This document shows positions 53,201 to 64,000 of a stretch of DNA of 64,000 nt, piece by piece. Where the stretch lies: assembly GCA_964016885.1 (NCBI GenBank), contig OZ024741.1, positions 311,984,001-312,048,000 of the forward strand. The letters run 5' to 3'. Numbering within the stretch: position 1 is the first letter of the stretch; each line of letters starts with the position of its first letter. Below the pieces are notes generated by a model. The model saw nothing but the letters and a program-made list of their open reading frames with translations. It had not been told where the DNA came from and made no database searches. A program made the translations under genes and the position numbers. The DNA comes from Eledone cirrhosa. Its lineage: Eukaryota.

Positions 53201-56008
53201 CGACCGTTTCAAAACGTGGACAGCCCACACTATTTCTGTCTATTTTCCTAATGAATATCCTGTCTATATACGATCTAGATAACACTATGCGGTTAGCCCA
53301 GGTCCACACTGGCGCATTAGGTAAATCTAGTCGGTACCTGTCAGACAGTTGGAACTGGCTGATCAGGTTCTTGAGGCTTTTGCACCCCCCGCTCCTATCG
53401 GATACTCCCACACAGTCCCAGCGTGCGTCTAAGATGCCGTTCCAGTCCCCCGCTAACAGTAAAGAGCGAGACGTACCCAGAAAGGCTTCCAGACGTCTAA
53501 AGAAGTCCGGCCGTCCTGCCCCAGTAGGAGCATAGACGGCCACCAGTCTAAAGGCACCACCTTCATTATTGTTCACGTCCAGGACCACCAACTTCCCGTC
53601 CGGGACCGGAAGATCGACCTTACCCAGAGATCCAGGCCTTTCCTAAACAGCACTGCCACCCCGCCTCTCATTCCCGGCCGGCTAACAGATACAAAGATCT
53701 GATAGTCGTCTAAAATGGGGGCTAGTGCGCGCGTGTCGGAAATCCTGGTCTCGCTGACTGCAATTACATCCATTTCTATAGACATGAGGTCGTTGAGCAG
53801 GTGACCCTGCTTCCAGGATGATCCCAGGCCTCGAGCATTTATACATCCTACTCTTAATACGGCCATGTTGGCAGGTTAAACAGAGAGAGAGGAAGGTTTA
53901 CTTACCTTCCGGGCTCTTGTGAAGGTCGGGTTGTTCGACCTCCATAGTTAGTGGGTTTTCTTTTGGGAACCCCTTTAAAAGTCTTGAAGTTGGTTTTACG
54001 TTTGGGGTTCCCACGTCCCGAGGAAACCTGTCTCGTATTTCTTTGAATATGTCAAGCGACATTCGCACCAGAACCAAACCTTCCGGAACGCGAAATGTGC
54101 TCGATTTTAAAATCTCCCCCTCTTTTTGTATATTTTGACTTCGTGCTACGAGGGCAATCAGTTCCTTGTTGGCCCTCCTGACGAGCACGAAGTTTTGTAT
54201 GTTTTGTTGGTGTGATTTTATTTGTTTGCGTGGCTGTGGTGGTGATGGTTTTAGTGGTGTTGTTTCGGTTGTATCTGTGTTTGTTGTGAGTGCGGTGTCT
54301 GTGGTTTCAGATGTTTGTGTGTATATTTGTTCTTGCGTCTGTTTCGGTTGTTTGCGTTTGGGGGATTCTGTTGATGGTGATGGTGGTGTTGATGTTGGTG
54401 TTATTGGAGAGATGTTTGCGTGGGTGGTATCTGCGTTTTTTATTGTGGGTGCTTTTGTGCTTTGTTGAGTTTTTTTTTTCTTTTTGTATTTTGGGCGATT
54501 TTGGATTTCCATCATTTTCACTACTGGTAGATGAGGGGTCTGTGTCTGTAAGTGTGTCTGTATGTATGTTTAAGGTTTTATTGGCGTGTGTATTTTTGGG
54601 GGGAGGGTGAATTTGACAGCTTTCCTCGTTTCCCCCCTTGGTGGTCAATGTTGGTGGTGGTCTTTCTATTGGTGTTGTTGTTGGTGGTTTTGGTCCTCGC
54701 CCCGGCGTCGGCAGCAGTGGAGCCTTTCGGCCCCTTGCTTCTTTCCGCAGTTGAGGGCAGAAGGCTCGCAAATGGGTTTTTTCCCCACAAATAAAACACT
54801 GCGGCCTTTTGCCTTCGGTCATAATGTGAATGACAGTTCCATTCTGAAGGCGGATGTGGTCTGGGATTGTCTTCACATTCTCGGGCCTGATCTGGAGAAG
54901 GATCTCCAGGTCAACCCCGGACCAGTCCTCTCTGGCCGTTCTGGTCACTTCAATAGGGACTGTATCCGTCCCCTCCACAATCACACATCCCAGAAGCCAC
55001 CACATGTCAAGTCCTGGTAGGATTCTGGGAATGCGGAGACGGGCCGTTCTTTTTCCCATGTGGGAGGGGCACATTATGACCTTGCTGGTTTTGCAAGGAG
55101 TCATAGCGTGTTTCTTATTGAGGGCTTCTGACTTGAACAACACCGAAATGGTGCCGTACTGTCTGCCCCTCTCTATGTACTGGGTGTCTTCTCTGATGCA
55201 CCTCAGCGCGACTTCGACATCTTCTTGTGGGATTAGCGCAACCCTTTTGGTTTGTGCTGAGATGCATCTATAATGCACCGTTTTGCGCTCCACTGCCTCA
55301 GTAGCTTCTACCGGGACAGTTAAGTTGGCCCAAGTTTGCTCTTGCTTGATGAGGTTCCATGCCTGGGCCAACTTTTCATCTTTGTTTGAGAGGTCCATGT
55401 TGAAGCATGGCTTCTTTTTTGCTGCTGCCGCAGCGAAAGTGGTCTTGTTTTCGTTGGGGGTGTTGTTGACGTTGTTCTTATTGGTGTTGTTGTTAGCACT
55501 GTCGCTGTTATCATTGTTGTCTTTGTTGCCACCGTTGTTCTCGGTGCAGTTGGTATTGTTGGTGTTGGTGTTGTCGCTATTTGTTTTCATGTTAATCGTA
55601 TTTGTTATTTTTTTTATTTATCTGTAATTTCGTTGTCGCAGTTACTGTCATTTTTTTTCAAAATTAGAGTTTTTATTGGTATCATTGGTGTCTTTGTTTA
55701 CCTTGTTTGTGGTGGTGTTTGTGTTATCAATGAGTGTTAATTTCGCTGTAGCGCTCCTCTCAACTTCTACGCCGTTGTCGCACGACAGCCGACATATCGC
55801 TGTTTTTTTTTCTTCGTAAATTTTTTAACATGTAAAAAAAATGTTCAAATATTTGGGCCAAAAGGTCCAAATATTATACTTTCCCCTTCACGGGGCAAAG
55901 TCTAAGGGCATATATCCCTTACACAACAAGAACTATTTAACAACAAATAATTTAAACAGGCAAATAAAGCGACTTACTGTGAGTGAGCAAAAGACGTCCG
56001 CTTAGACC
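50216..56008 (-). mobile_element. Full-length Tx1/L1-type LINE family C, few disablements
   Basis: ORF1 55590-53898 with one frameshift; ORF2 from ATG 53866 (VGCINARGL) to 50486 in six open segments; (AAT)n on both flanks. Confidence 0.94.
54307..55590 (-). pseudogene. Tx1 ORF1 gag-like nucleic-acid-binding protein (427-aa open segment)
   Basis: Asn-rich N-terminus, TFAAAA motif, C-X2-C-X4-H-X4-C knuckle CFICGEKTHLRAFC; true C-terminus probably in ORF 53898-54521. Confidence 0.85.
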
Positions 56009-56044
<36 letters not shown>

Positions 56045-58959
56045 TGAACAATGATAGTGGGAAACCTATGAACCTAAGATTTGTAGACAGGAAAAAGTTA
56101 AAAGAAACAACAGATAAGGTAAACAAAGTCATCCCATACCTTGAGGCGAGGAGCCTTCACCAGTGCAACAATATCCTCAAAGCAACTTCAAATTCGGTGA
56201 GGAAATTACTTGGCATAAAAGCGAGAGGAAACAACAAACAAGAAAGATCAGAACCTTGGTGGAAGAAACGACTGAATGGCCAAATCAGGGAAATGAGAAA
56301 TGACATTGGAAAGCTTGAGTCCCTAGTGAATGGGACACTAAAAAGATAGACACTAAAAATAGACTGGAAATAAAGTACAAAACTAGGAGGAAAAAGCTAA
56401 ATATTATAATAGAGGAACTGAAGCAACGCATTGTAGCAAAGAGTGCAAAAATTAGGCGATACGAGAGCAGAGTCAGTCAGTATAGACAGAACCGCATGTT
56501 TGACAACAACCAGAAGATGCTGTTTGGACAGCTTGAAGGGAAAGAAAGAGGCAACGACTTGATCCGTGAGGCGGAACAAACTAAAACCTTCTGGAGAGGA
56601 ATATGGGAGCAGGATGTTAAACATAATGACCAGGCAGTGTGTATTGAGACAGTACAAAAGGAGATTAGTGAACAGGCACACAAACAAACTGATTTGAGTA
56701 TCACAGTTGAAACTCTTAAGGGGCAGGCCAAAAAACTAACCAACTGGAAATCACCAGGTCCAGATGGTGTGCAGGGGTATTGGATTAAAAATATAACATC
56801 CCTCCACCCGAAACTGACAACCATGTTCAATGACTTCTTAGTGTCAGGTGAGGTACCAGAGTGGTTGACAAAAAGTACCACAGTTCTGGTAATGAAAGAC
56901 CGAATCAAGGGTAACGATGTTACCAACTATAGACCTATCACATGTCTGTCTGTAATGTGGAAACTGTTGACAAGAATTATGTCTGAGGAAATCTACCATC
57001 ACCTCCACACAAACAACTTGTTACCGGATGAACAGAAAGGATGCCGAAAGAAGTCCCGTGGTACAAAGGACCAGTTACTTATTGATAAGATGGTAATTAG
57101 GAAGTGCAAGAGGAGACACACTGGTCTTGCCATGGGATGGATAGACTATAAAAAGGCAATTGACATGGTGCCTCATTCTTGGATCACCAAAAGCCTAGAG
57201 ATCTTCAAGGTGGCAGATAACATCAGACAGTTGTTGGGCAAAAGTATGAAGTCCTGGAAAACAGAGTTAACATCAGCTGGAGAATCATTGGGAGGCGTGA
57301 AGATCAAGAGAGGTATCTTTCAGGGAGATAGTCTGTCCCCTCTGTTGTTTGTCCTTGCCCTGATGCCACTGACCATTATACTGCCAAAGGTGAGAACAGG
57401 ATACACGTTGTGAAAGGGAGAGCTTACCATCAATCACCTCCTCTTCGTGGACGATCTTAAGCTCCTCGGGAAGAGTTAGAAGGAGTTGGATGTGCTTGTT
57501 GACACTGTCCGTATTTTCAGCAATGATATATGTATGCAATTTGGTATTAGTAAGTGTGGAGTCCTTGTGATGAAGAGGGGTAAATTGAGCAGAAGCAACT
57601 GAATCCAGGTACCAATAGGTGAGATGATAAAGGAAATTGACACTGAAGAAGGATACACGTATTTGGGTGTTCTGGACGCTGATGACATCAAGAACAAAAC
57701 AATGAAGGAATTGAAAAGATCTGAGTACATTCGGAGAATAAGGAGCGTATTAAAGTCACATCTGAACAGTAGGAATGCCATAAGTGCAGTAAATTCCCGA
57801 GCTGTGTCTATTATTAGGTAGAGTGCGGGAATTCTGAGAAGGAATGTTGCTGAACAAAAAGAAATGGATAGGAAGATTAGGAAGCTATTGACTATCTACA
57901 ACATGTTCCACAAGAGGAGTGATGTCGATAGACTCTACTTAAGGAGATCTGAAGGTGGAAGAGGTCTTATCAGCACAGAGGACTGTGTTCAGATGGAGAA
58001 AAACAACCTACACAAATACGTGACTGATAGTAAGGAGCCAATGCTCACAATTGTACTGAAGGAGATGACAATAGACCAGGGGATGTCCAAGGAGGAAATA
58101 ACAACGAGGAGAAAGAGCAGCCTTCATGAAAAATCCCTCATATTACCTTCTTTGAGAAAACTGAATTCAGAGATCCACAGACATGGAACTGGTTGAAAAG
58201 AGGTGACCTTAAAAAGGCTACAGAAAGAATACTAATGGCTGCGCAAGAGCATGCTCTCAAAACGAAGTGGTTGAAACACCATATTTACAAGGAGGAGGCT
58301 AGCCTACTGTGCAGGATCTGTGGAGAGAGGGAGGAGACTGTGGTTCACATTGTATCCGAGTGTAAACACCTAACCCAAACTCACTATAAGGGCTGGAGAC
58401 ATGATGTGATGGGCAGGGTGATCCACTGGCACCAATGCAAAGTAAACAATTTACCACATTCTGAGAAGTGGTATGAGCATAAGCCAGAGTCGGTGATAGA
58501 AAACGATCAGGTGAAGGTGCTGTGGCATTTTAGGATACAGACAGAGAAGAAACTGGAACACAATAGACCTGACCTGGTGGTTTTGGACAAGAAAAAAAGA
58601 TCGTGCCTGATTGTGGATGCGACCTGCCCATTCGACACGAAAGTGCAAGAGAAGGAGAGGGAGAAAATTAACCGATACCAGGACTTAAAGTGGGAGTTAA
58701 AAAGGATTTGGAACTGCCATGAAGTCAAAGTGGTCCCGATAGTCATAGGCGCACTAGGTACTATCTCAAGGAATTTCCAGGGATGGTTAAAGAAAATTGG
58801 TCCCGCCACGCTTTTTGGAACGCTTCAAAAGGCATGCTTGCTGGGAACAGCAAGAACCCTCCGATACGTCCTGAATATCTGAGGCTGCAGGTAGTGGCTT
58901 GATATTCATTTCAACAAACTTCCCAGTTAATTAACATCAATGACTGAGACTCAAAGAAC
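56045..58959 (+). mobile_element. R4/Dong-type LINE family 1, copy 3 (5'-truncated, complete 3' end)
   Basis: Highly similar to ~36880-39425; RT in ORF 56496-57413 and full RLE domain in ORF 58193-58882; flanked by (AAT)n. Confidence 0.94.
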
Positions 58960-58962
58960 AAC

Positions 58963-58998
<36 letters not shown>

Positions 58999-59000
<2 letters not shown>

Positions 59001-59142
59001 TTTCTTTATTGGCCACAAGGGAAGACATCAAGAAAAACATTACAGACGGCACAGGAAGGTACAGGACGGTACGATGTGGGTTTTGTGCGTGTAAAGATTT
59101 TTATTATTTATATAAGAAAAAAAAAAAAAAAAGACAGAAACA
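58999..59142 (-). mobile_element. 3' tail of a Tx1 family A-like element
   Basis: Matches ~26688-26840 and ~31700-31820. Confidence 0.9.
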
Positions 59143-60099
59143 TCTATATATATAAAAGCGAGGATGTGTGTGTGTGTCTGTGAACAAATTTGGATAGCTA
59201 AGGCTTTTGCAATTCCCAACCGAATTTGACCAAATTTTCTGTGCACGTTGCACCTGTCGCTAAGATGGTCACATCAGAAATATTTTTCAAATCGACCCAC
59301 GTTAAACAATAAAAAATCGATAGCAAATCTATCGATAGCAAAAATTATGTTTTCTGAAGTGCATGATGTAAGGGAGATAACAAACTTTATTGCAATCCTT
59401 ATAAAGAAAGTGAGAGAGGGGAGATGTGGAGACCTTCGTTTTCACTTTCAAAACAACAATCATCGTCGGACGAAATTTCAGAAATATAAACATCAGATTC
59501 ATTTGAAGATAAATCACTAATATTATCATTTTTTTCTTGTTTATTCTGAAAGTCGGTATCACTACTTTCATAAGCCATGTTGATACTAAAAAAAAATGAG
59601 TTGCACTTTCAAAGTTAAAAAAACACTACTTGTTTTAACTTATTTCACTATATTAATTGTTGATTTCGCGGTAAGGGCCTAATCTCGCAGCAGTCTCGAA
59701 TTGACGAGATGTTGATGATGGTTTGTTTAGTTTTAGAACAATCCTTTTGGGACTCCCATTCAAACCATTGGGACCTACACCTTTTACATTTTTAAAGTAA
59801 TTTCGTCCACATTTGAGGAAGGCATTATCTATGCTTCCAGCTGTATTCGTACACATAAAACTTTTTTGACAATGAAGGAACATACTGAACATGATGTAGT
59901 TATTCAAAGGATTTTTTAAGTTTTGCCAGTATATTTTTAATTTTACCGTAACGCTTCAATTCATACATTTTGACTTTACAATTTTTCACCAAATATGAAA
60001 GTATGCACATATTGGCTCTCGGACTGTGACCTCTCGGTCGAAGAAAACAATGCGTGTATATGACGCTCCGCCAATAACCGAAAATAGTTTCTAAAATTG
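59143..60099 (+). mobile_element. Helitron-like non-autonomous element (5' end recognisable, right boundary uncertain)
   Basis: A|TCTATATATATAAAAGCG..(TG)n..AACCGAATTTGACCAAATTTT, a common invertebrate Helitron 5' architecture, at an A|T site. Confidence 0.55.
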
Positions 60100-61625
60100 G
60101 CGCTCTTTCTTTTCTTATTGTTGTTGTTGATAGTGGGAGAGTAAGTGATAGGTTGTGAGAAGCCGCTGTTAGCTAACGCCGTGTTATAGTAGGGTGCCGC
60201 CCTGTCAAAGATAGCCTTATTAGAGGAGAGGACTTCCACACTGGAATATACCGCGACGATGGACTGAAGTTATCGAGCCATAAAACTGGTCACGACCTCG
60301 ACCGGTTTAAAAAAGACTTAACTTCAACCTTCAATGTGTTAGGACTTAGGATAACAGTAGCTACCAACCTCTCTAGCGTAGAGTTCTTAGACATTACTTT
60401 AGACCTTCGCACACACACACACACATACCCTTCCATAAGCTAAACGAAAATCTCAATTACATTCACAAGGACTCATGCCACCCTCCCACTGTTTTTAGAA
60501 ACATCGTAAATAATATCAGTACTTGAATCTCAAACCTCTCCTCTAATAAGACTATTTTTGACAGGGCGGCACCCTACTATAACACGGCGTTAGCTAACAG
60601 CGGCTTCTCACAACCTATCACTTACTCTCCCAATATCAGCAACAGCAATAAAAAAAGAAAGCGCAACGATAGACAAACTATCTGGTTCTGTCCTTCCTTC
60701 TCACTCAACGTTAAAACCAATGTAGGCAAACAATTTCTAGCCCCCTTAGATAGACACTTTCCCATAGGTCATAAATACCGCTCTATCTTTAACCGACACA
60801 CAGTAAAACTAGGATACTCCTGCGCTAAGAACATGAAGGCCCACATCACCAGCAGCCTTAGGAGCAACGCCCCACCAGCGTGCTCTTGCCGTAAGCCCGA
60901 AGCTTGCTTCCTTCAACAGCAATGCAACAGACCAGCTGTAATTTATGAAGCTGTGGTCACTTCCAACCGACCAAACCAACCACAGGACGTCAAATCCTAT
61001 GAGAGCATGGCGGAGGGCCAATCTAAGGAACGTTTCCTGAACCATCAGTCGACCTTTAGGTACCCGGAAATACGTTCATCCACGAAACTCGCGAGCCACG
61101 TATGGGGCCTCAAGGACTCAAGTATAGACTACTCCATTCAATGGAAAGCCATCAGTAAGTCCAAGCCAGACGCAAGGGGAAATCCGTCGTGTGGACTATG
61201 TATTGACGAACGAATAAATATTCTAAAGAGATTATGCAATAGTGATTGCCTAAACACGAGAAATGAATTCTTCATAAGTTGTCCACATGTCTCGAAACAC
61301 GTATTGCATAACTACAAGGCTCCGGATTGAATGAATTATTGTAACAGCATCAATATTCTTTCTTATCAACTAAAAACTCTTCGGACTTTGACACTTATTT
61401 CCCTTACACCTCTCGCACGCAATTTAGTATTGCCTGTGTGAAGTGACGGCTTTCTGCACATGCGGGTTCGTAGGTTGTCCGTCCTGTTCCGTATAACCAT
61501 GCCCATTACGAGCTTAGGATCCGCTAAGGTGAAACAATTGATCTCGGTATGGTGAACTAACTGTTGTGTAACCACTTCTACCTAACTCGTCCCATGGACT
61601 GTGTGTTCCACCACTACGGATATTA
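60100..61625 (+). mobile_element. 5'-truncated Penelope-like element (RT C-terminus plus GIY-YIG-type endonuclease) with an inverted 5' segment
   Basis: GIYRDDGL, VEFLDITLDL, IWFCP.FS..VKTNVGK.FL, YSC, CSC..C..C, VIY..Y(ES) degenerate GIY-YIG, KERF.NH, C.LC, LN.R.E..CPH; 60100-60231 is the reverse complement of 60535-60664. Confidence 0.9.
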
Positions 61626-62284
61626 CCTTCCAGTGTTCAACCACTATATATATATATATATATATATAGTTATATTTGGGGAGGGTCATATTTGCGTAAT
61701 ATTGCCAGAATTAATAACAGAACACACTCACTGTTTGGTTGGTTTTCGCTTCTCGCTGTCTTTTATATCTGCGATCTAACTTACTCGGTCCTCAATGTTG
61801 CCATTGACTGACCGACGGTCAAAAATAATACAGATACAATATAGGCACAAACACATATATATAGTTTACATAATTTACATAAATCTTTCGTTGCACATCT
61901 GCAACATCGTCAGTGCTGTTATATTCATTGTTCCTCCTGTTGTGTTGTATGTCTACGCCATTTTTTTGTTCAGTCTGTCTATATATTTATTTATTTATTT
62001 GCTTGTTTGTTTATCTTATTTTATTTTGTCTTCTTTGCGCATGCGTTTGCGTGTGTGTATAGTGTTATGTGTGATGTGTGACTAGTGTGTATAGTGTTGT
62101 GTCTGCTGGGTGACTAGTGTGTGTTTATGTGCTTGTTGTTATTGTGCTTGTGTATGTATTTATTTATCTTATTTTATTTTATTTTATTTACTTATTTATA
62201 CTTCTCTTAGGTCAGTGTTGTTTGTTTGGGTGTTGTTGTTGTTCCACTCATTCTTTCTGTTTAGCTGTGAGTGTGACAATAGGA

Positions 62285-64000
62285 AACGATGAAACATTTC
62301 CAATCGGAGGAGACCTCTGAGGGTTGCTCGTGGAGAAAGCCCATAAGAAAAGCCACAGGCAGCCTGACCGCTAGGGCAAATGCCCTCTTCCAGTTTTTCT
62401 CCCACGATGCTACAGGCACATGCTCAGGGTAGACCCATTCACACGGGCCATTCTTGCCTCTCTCACTCACCTTTATACAAACTGGCTCGAAGTCAGCACT
62501 TCTCTCTCTACCTTGATTTTCATCTTCAGGTGAAACTTGAAAAAAGTTAATAAGGGCATCACCGAAAGTATCCGTCTTCAACACTTTCAGACGTGCCACC
62601 ATACAATCTCATTTACCATGGCCACTAAGCAGATAAAAACTCACTCCCCTTCTCGGCTAAAGGAAGGCGGCGGGGCAATTTTCACGATGGACTCAGCTGA
62701 TAGCCGGATCCGTTCTACACGTGACTGCAGGTGCTGGGCATAAACCCACAAAAGTCAGCAATGCTCGGATACTGGTCGAGTGCGTACACGACGGTTTCAT
62801 CGCCCTGTACGCAGCTCTAACAAGCCCGGCTGACGGCACTTCCATGCCTGTAGAGTTTATCCCGAACTTGAAAGCTTCTCGGTAGCACTGCCAAACCAGG
62901 GATTTCTGGAAGTTGTCCATAGGGCCCGGCCCGAAAGTTCTCCCGAAGAGATTGGCTAGTTGATTTTCGTCGACACCTAGTGTCTTCCCAAGTACGTCGT
63001 CACTCTTCCACTCCACTAATGCTCTATAGAACGACAAGGTGGTGTTTCCACTGATCGCATTGCCCGATTGGTTGAGCGCTGTGAACGCCTGTGAACGTTG
63101 TGAACGCCTGGAGACACCAAGCGCTCCCTCTCGGTCTACACTTGACCCAGGACTGCAGCTTCGTCAAGGAGACGAGCTGGGGAAACACGCGTCTAGCAAA
63201 CGGCGACCACATCTGATATCCATCGAGGAAAAGGTGGAGATGTCGTAGCCTCCGTGCCTGTCTGCGCATCATCAGCCACGGCATGCCCAGCCCTCCACGT
63301 AGCGGGTGTTGAGAGTATATGAACCGCCTGACCATCGGAGCACGGCCCTTCCACAATGAGCAAACCTTCCAGTGCAGTCAGGCTAGGCTTAGGACAAGGC
63401 ACGACGGTCAAGTGGTAGTAGATGACGGACGCGACCACTCGATCTTTCAGGGATAGCTTCCTCTCCTCCTAATTCTGGCTGAGAGAAGCCACCCTGTTCG
63501 TCACCTTCTCTCAGTTTTTGACCGTCTGGAGGTTGTTCCGAAGCAGACCCCTAGCAATTTAATCGGTCGGCACGTCCAGCGCCCGACGACTGTGTTGGAC
63601 GGCATGGACTTGCCTCTCCACGTACCGAGCTGCAGGCCCACCAACCTTTCCTGGTTGATCATTGCTCTTGTCACCGCCTCGTATTCTCTTAGTGTAGTGC
63701 CTTTCACCTCGATGTGTTTGGCGTTCGACACCACTATGGTGACATCGTTTGCATATGCTGACACGGAACTTCCGCATCCTAGTTCGTGCGGGACGCCCCT
63801 CAACGTCTCCGGTTTGTGCAGTAATAGCCCTAGTGTCAATACGTACAACAGGGACGAGGGGGAACATCCTTGGTGGACCGAGAGCATGATATTGAACGAT
63901 TCACTCTCACCACAGAACAGATGTCACTGTGCATCGCAGCAATCCAGCCTCTGAAGACGGGCCCCAAACCAGCCGCCCTCAGGATTGCCGCCAGATAACT
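62285..64000 (-). mobile_element. Tx1/L1-type LINE (family B-like), RT C-terminal half and 3'UTR; continues beyond the window
   Basis: QGCS.SSLLYVLTL, YAND, GGLGMP, MDNFQKSL.WQCY; 3'UTR aligns with ~44440-44530. Confidence 0.92.

Noticed and set aside
26655-59000. CRISPR-like array or prokaryotic system
   Set aside because: The repeats are microsatellites separating kilobase-scale retroelements; no cas genes or operons; eukaryotic context
59653-59907. Possible TTF-type zinc-finger/hAT fragment (MFLHCQK..DNAFLKCG)
   Set aside because: Resemblance too weak to support without a profile search
60515-60535. In-frame TGA in the Penelope ORF as selenocysteine (Naiad-like)
   Set aside because: The endonuclease here is C-terminal, unlike Naiads, and the TGA is more simply CGA-to-TGA decay in a copy with other lesions

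Overview
AT-rich, microsatellite-rich eukaryotic (animal) DNA made almost entirely of transposable elements and their remnants; I can support no host gene. The SINE and LINE repertoire resembles cephalopod (Octopus-like) genomes (inference from memory, not a search). The left ~26 kb is an old nested graveyard: a foldback-like TIR element, a hAT (Charlie/Buster-type) transposase remnant, a Penelope RT fragment, one RTE nested in another, a Tx1 fragment, a CRE-clade element, two R4/Dong-type elements, Helitron remnants and a 200-N gap. From ~26.65 to 59.15 kb the sequence is one uninterrupted chain of retroelements joined by (AAT)n tracts that all read on the same strand: Tx1/L1-type LINEs and a tRNA-derived SINE always on minus, R4/Dong-type LINEs always on plus. 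Most notable observations: (i) a 466-bp, hairpin-rich, terminally redundant unit with a canonical type I hammerhead ribozyme (retrozyme-like, consistent with a circular RNA template) inserted in a Tx1 3'UTR; (ii) apparent (AAT)n-targeted Tx1 families sharing 3' tail, orientation and junction phase with the SINE; (iii) a conserved AAG|GTAAGT splice-donor motif ~34 nt before ORF2 in three divergent Tx1 families. Element boundaries were read by eye and are approximate for old copies.
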